Part shown: positions 14,225 through 27,100 of the stretch, piece after piece
How positions within the stretch are numbered: position 1 is the first letter of the stretch
Layout: every line of letters begins with the position of its first letter
Assembly: GCA_976226885.1 (NCBI GenBank)
Contig: OZ320314.1
Coordinates: forward strand, 34,596,001 to 34,660,000
DNA from: Iphione sp. A-MEVVRFRX5
Lineage: Eukaryota
DNA length: 64,000 nt
Reading direction: 5' to 3'
Made by a program: the position numbers and the translations under genes
Notes under the pieces: generated by a model
What the model saw: only the letters and a program-made list of their open reading frames with translations
Databases searched by the model: none
What the model was told of the DNA's origin: nothing

Positions 14225-14401
14225 TTACTTCAAATGAAACAGGAACAGACCAGTAACATATGTCCATATGGGTCAGTATCACATCCAACTCGCAGTCCAT
14301 TTGACAGATGGGGACTGAAGACCCAGACGGTTGTGACAGAGGATGGCTGGTCAGACAGTAGTGCTCCTAAGATCCCAACTCCTCTTGGAGGTAGGGGACA
14401 A
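14223..14401 (+). mobile_element. Hairpin-terminated non-autonomous dispersed repeat, copy 1
   Basis: AATTACTTCAAATGAAACAG...GACAGAGGATGGCTGGTCAGACAG...CCTAAG + hairpin; homologous to 55099-55291. Confidence 0.6.
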
Positions 14402-14801
14402 ACAATGTATCCAAAAATAAGAAACATGACCACACCATAACTCACATATATATGTATCAGACGTGTTAGCATCAAAAGCAGGCACATGTATAGAATTAAA
14501 CGTCCATATAAAATGGATGACGTCTTCCTTCCAGTGAGCGTTAGTAAAAGTCACCGTTAACTGGGAAGGGGTAGCCATTATATGTTATGTGACGGACTTG
14601 GACAGAGGCATTATACTTTTATTCATATTGAAATTATTATTATTTGAACTTCTTTTACGAATTTCTGTTACCTATGTGAATATAAGTTTTTTTTACCGTA
14701 CAAATGAACGAGTAGAACAAATTACAAACGGTAATATTATAATGGCCATCGACCAAATGGTAATATTAAAATAACCATAAAAAGAAATCGTGAACACCTA
14801 A

Positions 14802-14815
14802 CCACTAGGTGGTAG
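14802..14815 (+). promoter_or_regulatory. CTCF-like motif
   Basis: CCACTAGGTGGTAG is close to the CCACYAGRKGGCRS consensus. Motif match only. Similar matches occur at 6158-6173 (-), 24454-24465 (-) and 46444-46461 (+). Confidence 0.35.
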
Positions 14816-15539
14816 CGAATTCATTGTTTTCATTATTACTTTTATTATTGTTATGGCCACTATTATGCTACAGCATATGCTATGAAGTATTCTGGCAGTA
14901 ATCCTTACAGTGCTAACGGTAATATAACTTGCAGTGCCATAAATTCCGTACATATAACTAAAAAATATTCAATAATCCATGAGCATCATTTAAAATCTAT
15001 CGAATTTTGCCTCGACTGATTTAAGGGCATATTGTATGTGTACTTGCAGCGCATGCTGAGGGGAAAATGTCCTTGAATTTTAGTGAAAAAAGTCGGCCCC
15101 GCCCAGTCCCGTTTAACATTTCCAATTCTTGTTCCAGAGGACCTTTCGTGACACTGAACATTTTAGCATGTATATCATCCAAATGCCACCTTCATGCAGA
15201 CAAAATTATGAAGTTCATTTAGTACCAATCTTGTAAACAGCACGAGAGACAGCAGTCCCGCCGTGCCAACCGCACCACCCAAATGCCAACGTCACGACAT
15301 CCGTCGAGCCAACCTTAAATCCCTATTGCTGTTCATCCCACTTTATTGACATACTCAATCCAATTCAGTTTCATCAAATCGCGGGAGGCAGCAACTTAGG
15401 AAGGCGTGCCTTTAGGGAGCTCTCACATATGGTCTTTAATAGGCTATCCATTTGACAGCAGGCAACGAAGATGAATTTGATAATCAAACGGGTTGATACC
15501 CCCGCGCCGCACATGCTATAGCTCCCACCGGGGGATGTA

Positions 15540-16460
15540 ATTAAATATTCCGTGCGCGACAATAATCTTCTTTAACTGTCAGCACCACCACCACCATTAT
15601 AAGACACGCATTAGCTTTAAAGAATCGGCTGACAGAGCAGAGCGCCGCCGCCTCCAGTCGCCCGCCGCCGCCGCCGCTTTAATAGTGGGATATTGACTTT
15701 CCACGCCAGTTGAATGCTTATGTAAAGTGGATTCAAAAACGCTTGTCGCCGCGGCTCCCGCAGCGATACCATTTGGCATGCAACGGCCCCGGCAGGCAAG
15801 TGCCGTGAGACTGATGATTCTTAAAGGGGGTTGAGCTTTAAAATATACGAGATCCCCTCATGAGCGGAACTAATGGAGAGTGTATATCCGGAATGGTTTT
15901 TTTTAAACGGAAGGATGCCTATTAGTGTATGGGCGGAAAGCAAAACAGGCGCGTTTCCCGACAGCATTTCATAATCAATCAATTAATCAAATACGATTTT
16001 GAAAGGCACACAGGAGCTGCATTATGGCAAGTGGTGTGATGTGGGAGACACGAATGGGAAGGAGGGGTGTGTGTGTGGGGGGGGGGTTGGCTAAAAGAGG
16101 GAGGGCGGAAGGCAGGATCTGCGTGGGAGAACGAGAGAGGGTGGTTAGCACAGAAAATCAATCAGTGGTGGCCGCAGGTGGAGCTTTATTTTACAAACAA
16201 TATGATTAGAGAAGTCCGCATCATTTCTACTTTCTGCTGATGCATCACCTGTGGGATGGGGACCGCGCGGCGCGGCGCACTCCTCGCCCGCCCAACCAAT
16301 CAGGCCTTAAAAACCACACCTGCGCGGCGACTCGCGTTTCCCAAGCGGGCATTAAGGCGCAAGAGTAATCTGTTATCAGAGGTCCCCGCAAAGGTGAAAC
16401 CCAAACCACGGACGGCACTGACCAGGTCGTCTGACGATGCCTAGCCAGTGCCGCCCCTTG
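15540..16460. promoter_or_regulatory. Enhancer/promoter-like GC-rich island
   Basis: TGATTGAT/TGATTAAT on the minus strand at 15974-15989 and 16157-16164, GC box CCCGCCC 16287-16293, CCAAT 16296-16300, TTAAAA 16307-16312. Confidence 0.4.
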
Positions 16461-17618
16461 GCCTCATTATTCCTTTTATATGTGCGAGTTTCTCCACAAG
16501 TACCGTATAAAGGGATAATTATCGGCCACTGTACTGTCACTTGGTGCTGTTTCCGATGATCGGGTAGAAAGGCCGCCTCAACCTCTTTTTTGCCTTACAG
16601 CCGGCCATAAATCCATGTTGAAATGAGTTCTCATTTCAAAAATATCTCTACAGAACGTATCGGACCTTATCGGCTCTTAAAAGTATAGGTGGTTTTCTGC
16701 GAAGATGTATATGAGAACGTCTCTGTCCAGAAATCAGTAAAAGGAGCGAGAGGACAAGCTCTCGCTAATCAGCCGAATATAGCCTTTGAACATTAGCCCC
16801 TCACCCGTTATGCGAGTACACAGTCAAAAGTCAACCACTGTCATAGCAGACCGACTGGAGGTGGGAAGGAGGGTAGATGTTGCGTAGGTGGGTGCGGGGG
16901 GGATGGAGGAGAGGAATCATATTTACGTTCAAAAGACCCGAGACCTAATCAAACCTTGTGCAGTGAGTATCCGGCGTCACCTTAGTCGTTCCAGTTGGTA
17001 ACTGGCGAGAGCGCAATGATCCTGCAACTCTTGTTCACCTGTTCTTTCAAGTAATTCATTTCCTCTGCGGGATCCAGGTAAGAGGAGCCCGCGGTTCACT
17101 TTCCCTTCAGCCACTCATATTAATTAATCGATGCCTGCGCACGATCAAAGATCCCGAGCGGTGGGGCCAGAAAGCGACCCCGCCAATTACTGGCGGGCAA
17201 GGAAGGAAGTACGAGCAGGGACCTTCACACGGGCCTGACTGAAAACGGACACAGCGGCGGCGACGGTTGGCGCTGGGATTTCAAATTAATATACATCGCT
17301 AGCGAGGATCAGAGACAGAGAGGTAAATGGCAGGGCGAAAGGATCACTGCTAGGTTGACACGGGCATATGGTAACTCGCTCCGAAGGTTCTCTACCCCAA
17401 CGGCCTAAAACCCCCCACGAATGGGTAGAAACATCTGACATATAGCTGGACTAGGGTCTCCGATGACGCCAGAAAGCCTTGGCTATTTGACAGAAAGGTC
17501 ATACCCAATACACCACACAACGTGTGACATAAATGAAGCTGGACAAACACAAATATCTACATGCTGCGGTTGAAAGGGAAACAGCGCCAGCAAAAGAAGG
17601 AGAGGGAATCCAACATAC

Positions 17619-17703
17619 CGTCTAAGATCCTGAGAATCCTCTTCCGTGACATCATGTCCAGCTGCTCCAGACACATGGCCTTCAGCTCCTCCAGGCGCAA
17701 CTC
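17619..17703 (-). CDS. CAAP1: Next internal coding exon (85 nt, phase 0/1) of CAAP1 orthologue
   Basis: Acceptor tgacttttcccccacAG and donor G|GTATGT. Encodes ELRLEELKAMCLEQLDMMSRKRILRILD(G), matching the recalled vertebrate CAAP1 segment NCSIEEIKKLCQEQLELLSEKKILKILEG. In frame with the 35815-36015 exon. Confidence 0.9.
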
Positions 17704-20700
17704 CTGTGGGGGAAAAGTCATTTTGTAATACCATGTATGTGAGACAGTAGCAAGTGTACACGTGTGCCACTTAAACTAAGCCCATATAAATGTACTACAT
17801 GTACTCTGTTTACTGATATGTATAGCTATGTACTTTTTGTTCATTGCTGATGACTTATGTAAAACGTAAAAAAAGCATATTGCATTGAACTGCATGAACA
17901 ACTGCAATACTTTTGACATAAACGAAACAAGACAAGCTGCAATACAATAAGAGCCAACAATGACTTTCAAAAGCAACATCATAAGAAAGAAAATTGACAA
18001 GATACTTAAAGCTTGGAAATCATCAAATCATCTCTTGTAAATGTAGTTGGCAAACAAGTTCAGGTACTAAGTACTACTGAAGAACATACCCTAACAAAAT
18101 ACGAGGGTGGAAAAATACGAATATTTGCACGAGAGGTGACAGATTACATCTTTCTACATCTTTCTGCTTATCGATAAATATGAGAAAGTTATCCTTGCGA
18201 GAGAAATGAAGGGATTGTTTTTTCGGTTTTCATAGTCCACTAAAACACGCCTGTACAATATGAAATGGACACTATCGCCCATATCAATTTCAACTCTTTT
18301 GCAACCAATAAATATATACTCAAGTAATCGCTATTCGTTGTATTTACATTTCCAGACTTACAAATGAAATTTGAAGCTCACTTGTGTAGAATGTTTAGGA
18401 CAGCGTCGATTATTGCTACGTTTTTCAAGAGCAATTATTTGTATGGTCTATTTCTGTTATCAGAATATGGGCTTTTGTGGAGGAGGCGGGTTGATTAGCT
18501 TAACACAAGGTAAAAGTAAACGACAGCGTGGAAGTGTTCCGCGGCAAGTATGTATGCTGTCAACTAAAATTCATTAGCTCATGTGAATTAGAACACGTGA
18601 TAAAATTAATAAAACTATAGAGAAGAACTTCGGACATAAATGAATACATTGACGCAGAACGTCTATATATGGTGCTGAATATTGAGTTCTCTGCAACGGA
18701 TGCTTATGTCAGTTGCACCGGAACCTACCTCAAGATTAAAGGTCGAAAAGGCTATAAGCCTAGAACAATATCTAAGTGTTACGAGCACTGCTGTTGAAGG
18801 TCAGTCTAATGTAATATACCGGCACTGGAGATCCTGGCCCTCTAGGTGGCAAAATTATTGCGTTTGGGTGGGGCACTGAAGGTGTGCGTATATTAGGCCA
18901 TTCAGTGGCCCCGGAGGAATCACTGAGCTGCCATCATGCCAAATGCAATTTGCTAATTTGTACCGGGAGGGTCAAGGACCTGCTGGGAGATTGCGTGGAA
19001 AGGTGAAATGTATAGCGGCATTGCTACATGGAAAAAACACCCCCCCGCAGACCACCTTTTACGGACATGGTCTATGCGTTGGGTAGAAGACATGCCATTT
19101 CAAAGCAATTGGGAATCATCCTATGCTCGTTTGAAGCCAAATGCAAGAGGAAAAAAAATAGTCGAACTATATATTACGGTTTCATTGGTTCTTTTCAAAT
19201 ATTACCGTATCACACGTGGGGGAGAAAGGTCATTTAAATATGTCGAGAATTACATTATTGACGAGGGGGGGGGGGCAGTTGATGGTGAAAATTTACAAAT
19301 ACATGTACCTCGAAGTCAAAAAGAACTTTACGTGACATACTGCGGGAAAGCCAAGCATACACTCAGCATATCAAAGCCGAGTTAAAGGCAGCAGTAGAAC
19401 AGGGGGTTCGCTGTTATTCAGGAATACCTGGAGATTAATGCGAATTGAGCACTATGGAAACGGCAGGCGGGGACTAACAAATCGCGATTCTATCTCAGAT
19501 GTTGACATGACTGCGAGCCGTTTTAGTCTGCTGTCTTTTAACACGCAGCTGTTTCCGCCTAGTATACTGATGGTATTCTCTTGTCCAAATATACAATACC
19601 GCGGAATCCGCGCCACTCCATTATCTGCGGCGGGAGTTAAAGAGCGACGTGCGCCGGCATAGATGATCGCCATAAAAAAGGATTTCACTCTTCCACCCGC
19701 CGAACTGGATATGTGGGAAAAGCATTCCTCCGCGCATTCAAATTGGACCAACAAAAAGCGCGGCCGGCAAAGCCAAACACGTGGGAGATTGAAAAAGCAG
19801 ATGAAGCCAGTCGAGGTAATTCCCCAGCGGCCAATATCAGACAAAACAGAGAATTGCGCAAGTGGATTGAATCTCAATTGCAAGTGTAATGACAATCAAT
19901 GGCACGAAGAGAGCACCCGTTAAGCATGCTAGATTTCACCGAGCCTCCTCGGAACGTGACAAGGCTGCGGTTTTTGACGAGTCTCACTGGAGTTATCAGG
20001 AAGGCAGGCTCCCTAAACCCACTGCTGAGAGCGCGCGCCGTCGGAGGCGGTGGGTTGCAATAAACCTCTAATCGACCAGAGAAAAGGAGATGTGACAAAC
20101 ATTAAATTTTGACACAAATCACCCCCACCAGGCTTGAAACATAAGGCGAGCGCTTGCGTGAGCAGCTCCTTCTCGAGTACTTTCAGCGGGAGGCGTATCC
20201 GTTGGCAGCACCGCCCCAGCCTTCTCCTAACCTATAGGAATACAGCCGGCAACAACGAGCGGGAAAGTTTTTTTTTAACATAAGTACATCGGATCGCATG
20301 TATGGCTGATGAATGATTAAGAGGGCTGAATGTAATTGAATTCAGCGAGAGGCGTGATGTGAAATTACCTCCTCAATTTGCCCTCTAATTCAGGCCCGTT
20401 GATCCGGACTACATAGTGGTAGCTGGCTTCAAAGCTGGCGTGATTAATGCATATAACAAATGGCATTAAATCATTAAACTTCAAAAGGAAACAAGGCGGC
20501 CTTCGAGCTGTTATTAGCATTAATCTTTCACGATCCAACGGGATGCCGACTGACGTGCGGGGCACGGTATAAGGGTGTAAAATTTGACAGTCACAATCAA
20601 TTACCTCGCGTTTGATTGGTCGGTGTGTTTCAAGTTTTGAATGTAATCATCGCAATTAGGCCACCATTTGTATTGGCGATGTGTGTCGGTCGAGCGAAAA

Positions 20701-20818
20701 GCTGGGCTGGAGCAGTGATGCATGTTTGAACAGCCGTTTTTTATCGGCATGAACAAAGGCACTGTTTGTACAATTACAGCATACAAATAGAAGCGAGAGA
20801 CGCCTAGGCAGACCTGTT

Positions 20819-20987
20819 NNNNNNNNNNNNNNNNNNNNNNNNNNNNNNNNNNNNNNNNNNNNNNNNNNNNNNNNNNNNNNNNNNNNNNNNNNNNNNNNNN
20901 NNNNNNNNNNNNNNNNNNNNNNNNNNNNNNNNNNNNNNNNNNNNNNNNNNNNNNNNNNNNNNNNNNNNNNNNNNNNNNNNNNNNNNN
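20819..20987. other. Assembly gap (169 N)
   Basis: N run. Confidence 0.98.
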
Positions 20988-21029
20988 TCTGTTGCTCAGT
21001 TTTAATCTATCATTATCTGTCCGCCTTTA

Positions 21030-21116
21030 TCTCTGTCTCCACATCCTCTCTCTCTTTGTCTGTCTATCTGTCTGTCTGTCTGTCTCTTTCTCTCTCACAT
21101 ACACACTGTCTCTCTC
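21030..21116 (+). repeat. (TCTG)/(TC) pyrimidine-rich simple repeat
   Basis: ctctctctctttgtctgtctatctgtctgtctgtctgtctctttctctctc, adjacent to an assembly gap. Confidence 0.85.
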
Positions 21117-24100
21117 CCCACTTTGCATTTAGCCACCCACCCCTTTGCCTCCTCTTGGTCTATTAGCCCAGATCTGACAAATCTGTACCTCTATTCCTCT
21201 AGGCTATGTTGACTGTAGAATGGTCCTCCTGTACTCTTTGGGCAACAGCCCCATTTACTGAAAAACGACATCAGCAACATTTATCAGAGATACATGTTTC
21301 AAATCTTACTCGATTACTGCGAGAGTAACTTTGTGTTTTATACTGTACGTATAAAAGACAAATTTGCGAACGCAAAGAATTACTCGGTGAAACCATATGC
21401 AACCATAGGTTTTGCCTAGAGGTAGAATGCCATGGACATTTCTTCTGTATAATGTACGAGGTCGGGGCTTCATTGTTCCACTCGCAACATGAAGTTATTA
21501 TTTTGGAACTGGAGGAAGCCACACATGACGAAGCCAAGACCGATAAGCTGGTCAAAGCCATAAATCACGCGCGAATCATCGGGAGAAAGCCTGGCTGCCA
21601 CTGCTAAGATAATGACGCATCTCTTCAAAACGCTAGCTGATTGGCTGCACATCCAGCCCCTCCATCTATTACCTTACTACAGTTACCGACCAGCCGAAAG
21701 GTCGTTACCAGCCAGTTTGAAAGCAGTATCTTGGCTTCTCCATCGCATTTATCACACAGAAATAGCATTCAGCGAACGACATTTGAGTTTCTGCCATCTA
21801 ATCTAATGGGAATGGTATGAAATGGCTCAACAGTAACAAGGCAGGAAATGGATAGAGCGCAGGCGTTCAGGGAGATTTGCATGAAAACCTCTTGGTTTCT
21901 GCAATGGCTGGCCAATGTACAATAGGACATTATGGCTCGAACCTTCGAATACGTCCAATGGAAAGGAAAATATCAGTGCCTTATATATAAACTCAGAGGG
22001 CTATTAACGTATTTTATTGATAAAGTTCCACAGCCACCTAGCTGGTGGGTCTATCGTATTCTATAATCCTCCTTTATGGACTTGGGGAGTCTACGGGTCG
22101 CGTCTTCCGAGGGAGATAGCCATCAGAAGAACGATAAATAATGAAACAAGAGATGTGAGGAGAAGCTGTGGCTTCCGTGACCTGAACTCTAATGTTGGTG
22201 CCATACTGTTCAATCACACTTTCACGCGGATGACAACGCTATTGGGCATGCCCTACACACCACCAGCGGCAAACAGAACGCAGGCGGCTGCCGCACTCCG
22301 ATTTACATTTCAAGTAGTTTCATCCAGTGCCACAGTGCTCCAAAGGTCACCTACTTTAGTAAGGGGAAGCCACGTTATAACGGTATAAGACTTGCCTCTA
22401 AGGATGTGGAGCTACTCCGCAGGGATATCCACGACAATAAATGATATAGGTTAAATAACATATTTTTTAACCCAAAGAGCTTTTATAAGTGATTTTCTAT
22501 TGAGACTTATAAAAGGGAAGGATGTGAAGGCGAAATACACTGGAATATAGCATGAGATTCGTTTCATTATTGTTCTCGCGGCAAAATTTGGTCAAGAACA
22601 ACTGTGAAGTGGAATATAAAACCTTCAATACGAAACACTATATCTGAATGTATACTAACTTTTAGGCGTGTATGCTGTGGAGAGAAACACAAGTGCTATT
22701 ATCATTATTGCTTTCCATGGTTCTATTCAAAACTTCTCCACCATTAGCCAATGGTTGGCGGACAGAACCGTCACTGGATACTGGACACACGACCGATTGT
22801 TATGTCCATCCATCAAGGAACCCATTTGCTTTGGCTTTTAATTTGGAAAATTGCTTGTGGAATGTGGATATGGGACAATATGATCAATCGAGTGGTTTCA
22901 GTTTGAAACTTGAGTGGGCAGCGGTGGGTGGGAGCAGAGGAGCGGTTTTTCTACAACTCACGCGCTGACCACTGGGCGGCACTCCTCATAGGCATGACGT
23001 GAACAATAGCGTGACGTCATAACGGGTGGTCCCGGTGCCGGTAAAAAGCTTTAGTGACAGCGCCAGCGGCGGCGGCGAGTGGAAGCGCTGCTGCTGTGGC
23101 AAGGCGGCATTGCAACCGACTTCTTTAATCATTCTTCTCCCCTGTTGCTTCACTTCAATCACAATGGACAGTGGTGTCTTCTACTTTAATGAAACAAGAC
23201 CTGTAAACGCCGAACTGATTAGGTTAGAGCCTGCATGCTCGAATACGGTTCCCATCTGCGGCCCTACCCCGCTTGGTAACCGCCCTTAAACAGATCGCCA
23301 ACCACTAGCGATTACACATCTTTTGATGTCGCCTTATTAAAATAAGGCACACAATTGTCGTGAAATTACCGAAAGAGAGGTGTGGGCAGTAGCAAGAGGA
23401 AATCTTGTCTGATCTCGGGAACGTTATTGGGTAATCAGGAGCCAAATTCAGCGTCTTTTGATGATGTTCATCCAATCCCAATTCATTTTCATTTCAGTGG
23501 AGACAATGCCTGCTACTTAAGGACAAAACTGTCTAAAGGAGTAATGTACTCCAGGACATCAAAAGGGCCTGCATCTTCCTGGTGACAATTGAAAAATGAA
23601 CACCTGATCAAATGTGAATGTATCAGAACCACACAAATTACCAAAAGGCAAAATTATTATCGGGAAAAAGCTGTATGTGATGTCAATATTTTCTACAAGG
23701 GAGTAGAAGTTTCAGCCGATAATTTGGCATTCACCATGAGCAGATGAATAAAGTCATTCGAACAACGGCAAGGCCCATGTCGAGGATGATTTCTGCTACA
23801 ACGTGCAGAAATGCTCATTGATAAGCAGATGCAGGCGATTAACTATAGCTTAGAGAAATGGGCCCAGCTCCTCGGAACGACACTAGCTGCATTGCTGGTA
23901 GCTTCCACTCAGGAGACAAGATTTAGCCGCTTGTTCCATCAAGGGATCATATGCCTTTACTGGTAGTTTCAGCTCGAGATCCTAAGTTCTCTAGGGCAAG
24001 CTGTCCGCTTCTGACCCTTAACATCTCCACTTTCTGAAAGCTCCAATTACGACTCCCATCAGCACTGTCCATCATCATCGGCAAAGGTGGCTTCAAAACT

Positions 24101-27100
24101 TAGCCTTTCCAGACACCCACCATTGTTGTGTTTTTGCCCATCGAGGTTGTCTCCTCCTCAACCTATTTCTAATTTGCAACGGCATTAACCACTAGGAGGC
24201 CTACTATCAGAGAAGATAATGCCTGTATTCGGATGTCCAATTGCCTAACGATGGGTGCTGCAAGTCCAGAAGCCCGCTTACAAAAAGACTCCCAACATGA
24301 GCAATAATTCCTGACTTTTCCCACAAACGACGGCCAACAAAAGTAGTCATCATGATGTGTAATGGGCATATGCCTGCACAATGCGCCTGCCTGGTCATGG
24401 CGCCTAATTTGCCGACGTCACTTCACAAGCGCGCTAAGCATGACGGGTAGCGTAGCGCCCCCTATATGACCGGCGACAAACAACCGATGGCCAGTGTGAT
24501 CAGGCCAGGTAATGGCTATCTGCGAGGGTTAATGATTGTTAATCTCTAGCTCCACGGTCAACATGAAAGCCCCCGCCCTCCAGCCCTCTTCCTGCTCCTT
24601 AATAGCCATCTCGGAGCGGCTTTTGCTGGTCCTTCCTCCTGAACTTGTCATACAATCAAGCCGCTATACACCTGGCAGCGATGAAGCCTGCCTCTTAGAT
24701 AAGAAGGATCGGTAATGGTCAAGCGCCGGCACGGATTCATCCGGCCGCCCAGCCTGCGCAGGAAATCAAACGTGATTTCCGTCTGGATTATAATGACCCT
24801 CCACGCAGATGATCCCCGTTTATTATCTGTGCGTAATTCCTGATGAGAATGTCAGGACTCTGTCACGATCGGACCGGGAAGCCTCGAGGACACTCTGAGA
24901 ATAGAATGTAGCCCTTGGCTCGGACACATTGGAAGTCTTCCTAAGACAGCTGATAAGACGTTGTTGCCATTCATCCACATGCTGCACATCCTATTAAGTC
25001 ATTGCATGGCCTCTTGCTATCCAGTTGGCGATCGGAAGCTTATGCAGAAAGGGGAAGGGAGCGGGTCGTCTACAACTCGTTCAAAGCGGGTTTGACAATA
25101 AAGTCGTATTTTTGGCCTGACCGGTTATAAATCATCTGCGAAACATGTCAAACGACCCCTTTGATGCCATGCTTTTCAATTAGGTGACGTCCAAGGAGAG
25201 AGGCAACCAACCGATCTGTCAGTGCTTTTAGGATGATGAACTTAGAACATCATTCTAACATGCCCTTCTCAGTGGCTCCATAGGTAAGCCAAAGTCGTGA
25301 GTAGGTGTCAATCAGGTCAATCGAAATACCCAGAAGCGTTGACGAAATGGTATGGGAAAACAACAGGTGAAATCTATATGTAATATGCTCTTTGAAAATA
25401 AGTTTTGATGTGCTCTTTGATGTGCTCTTTGAGAATACGTTTTAAAAAGCAAAACCACGAAACTCGTAACCACATGTGATTAATAACTAATTGGGCACTA
25501 CAGCTTTTACAACGGTGCTAACTTCACTCAAAAGCTGTTCACCAATGTTTAATAAAGTGTTAAAGTACTCCTAGCCGACACCCTCATAGCCGCAGCCATG
25601 ACTAAAGGCCACACCCCGCCAGCCAGTTCCATTTCTCATATACGATCTATAAAAGGTTTGACAATGGTTAATAGTTTATGGATATAACAGGAAATAGGAT
25701 GTATTGGAACAAGACATGTGAATACGGTCGGTGGTTGGTTTTGTTATGTGTTTATGAAAGAACACATATACATATGCATATAAATGCTACTGATGCATTA
25801 TATTATTAAAGTGGATGTATCTATAAATATCAGTGATGAATAAACTAGATGGGTGTATACACGGACATATACTGCAGCTCTGAAGACTTCTCTTTATTTG
25901 TTCTGAAATGACCAAGAAGGGGAGTCAAAAGTCAACTATAAAACGGAAGCACCTCAGGAGGCATGCATTCCTGATGGATTCAAGATGGGAAAGTAATATC
26001 TGCCGTGCTGGAAAGCTTTCTTTCAAATACCGAGGGACATAAATTAAACAGATCTTGAATAAGGAAAAAAATCTGGCACTTGTTATTGAGAATGTTTAGA
26101 ATGTGGCTCACATCCGTTTTTGCTCGATGCAAAGGGCAGACGAAAACGAAATTGTACAGGGGAATTAGATTACATTTCTCTGCCGCCTATTGCGTGTGTG
26201 CCTTTCTATTTCCTGACAAATGAGGAGGGGGCGCGTACGGCTGCTTCCTCATTTCATGAAGAATCGTAGGAAGCTTCTTTGAGAGCAAGTTGCCAATGGC
26301 AATAATTTCTTTACGGGGCTGTGCACAATAGGCCTCTAATTGGTTGTGTGGTTATTGTGAGGAGCAGCATCTGCATGCCTGTCGCATCTTGATTACTGCC
26401 GACCATAAGCCCATTAAAATCTACCCGCCACCATGGCGTCACAACATGCACTTTACGTATTTATCTGCCAGCCGTATATTGGTTTTTTTGCCTTTCTAAA
26501 CTGTGCGAACGTGACATTTCACCATGTAAAGTGGAGTACCAAAAGGAAGGATGAGGCACGAATAAGGCTGGGGGTTTGGTGCAGGGCAGGGGGTGGCGAC
26601 GGCGTTGCGTGCCTCAACAGTTGTTGACATGTATTTCTGAGATCTCTTTTCTTTAATAAAAGCAAAAACAGAGAACACGATTCTGGCCGACTTGGTACAG
26701 CGGGTAACTGGTTCATTGTTCGTCTTCACTCACCAAGGTGATCCTTCCTGTCAATTAAGCAATCCTTTGTCATCGCACCAAAGAAAATTAAAACAAGCAA
26801 TAAAGTGTCTTGTTCAATACCAACGCCAAAGCCTGCGGGATTGAACTAATAACTCGCAACAAGCTAATATAGCTGTTATATAGGGGACTGCATCAGGGAT
26901 GGCAGGACCAAAACATGCAATCAGAATGGAATGGTGATCGACTAGGCGATGAGCCCATTTTTTTCAGCTGTTCCGACTATTCCTTTTCTCATTCAGAAAA
27001 CACCTCAGAGCGACGAATCACCATCTCAGCCTTAATAATTCAAGGCATATATATTAAAGGTTCACTGATTTGGAGTGAGCGGACAGAATTCTGTAATCAA

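Noticed and set aside
12914-14401. Repeat array considered as CRISPR-like
   Set aside because: Eukaryotic context, long diverged units, no short identical repeats with unique spacers, and no cas genes.
17483-17770. 95-aa minus-strand ORF MAHVYTC...
   Set aside because: Overlaps the CAAP1 exon in the wrong frame; the correct frame is ELRLEELKAM...
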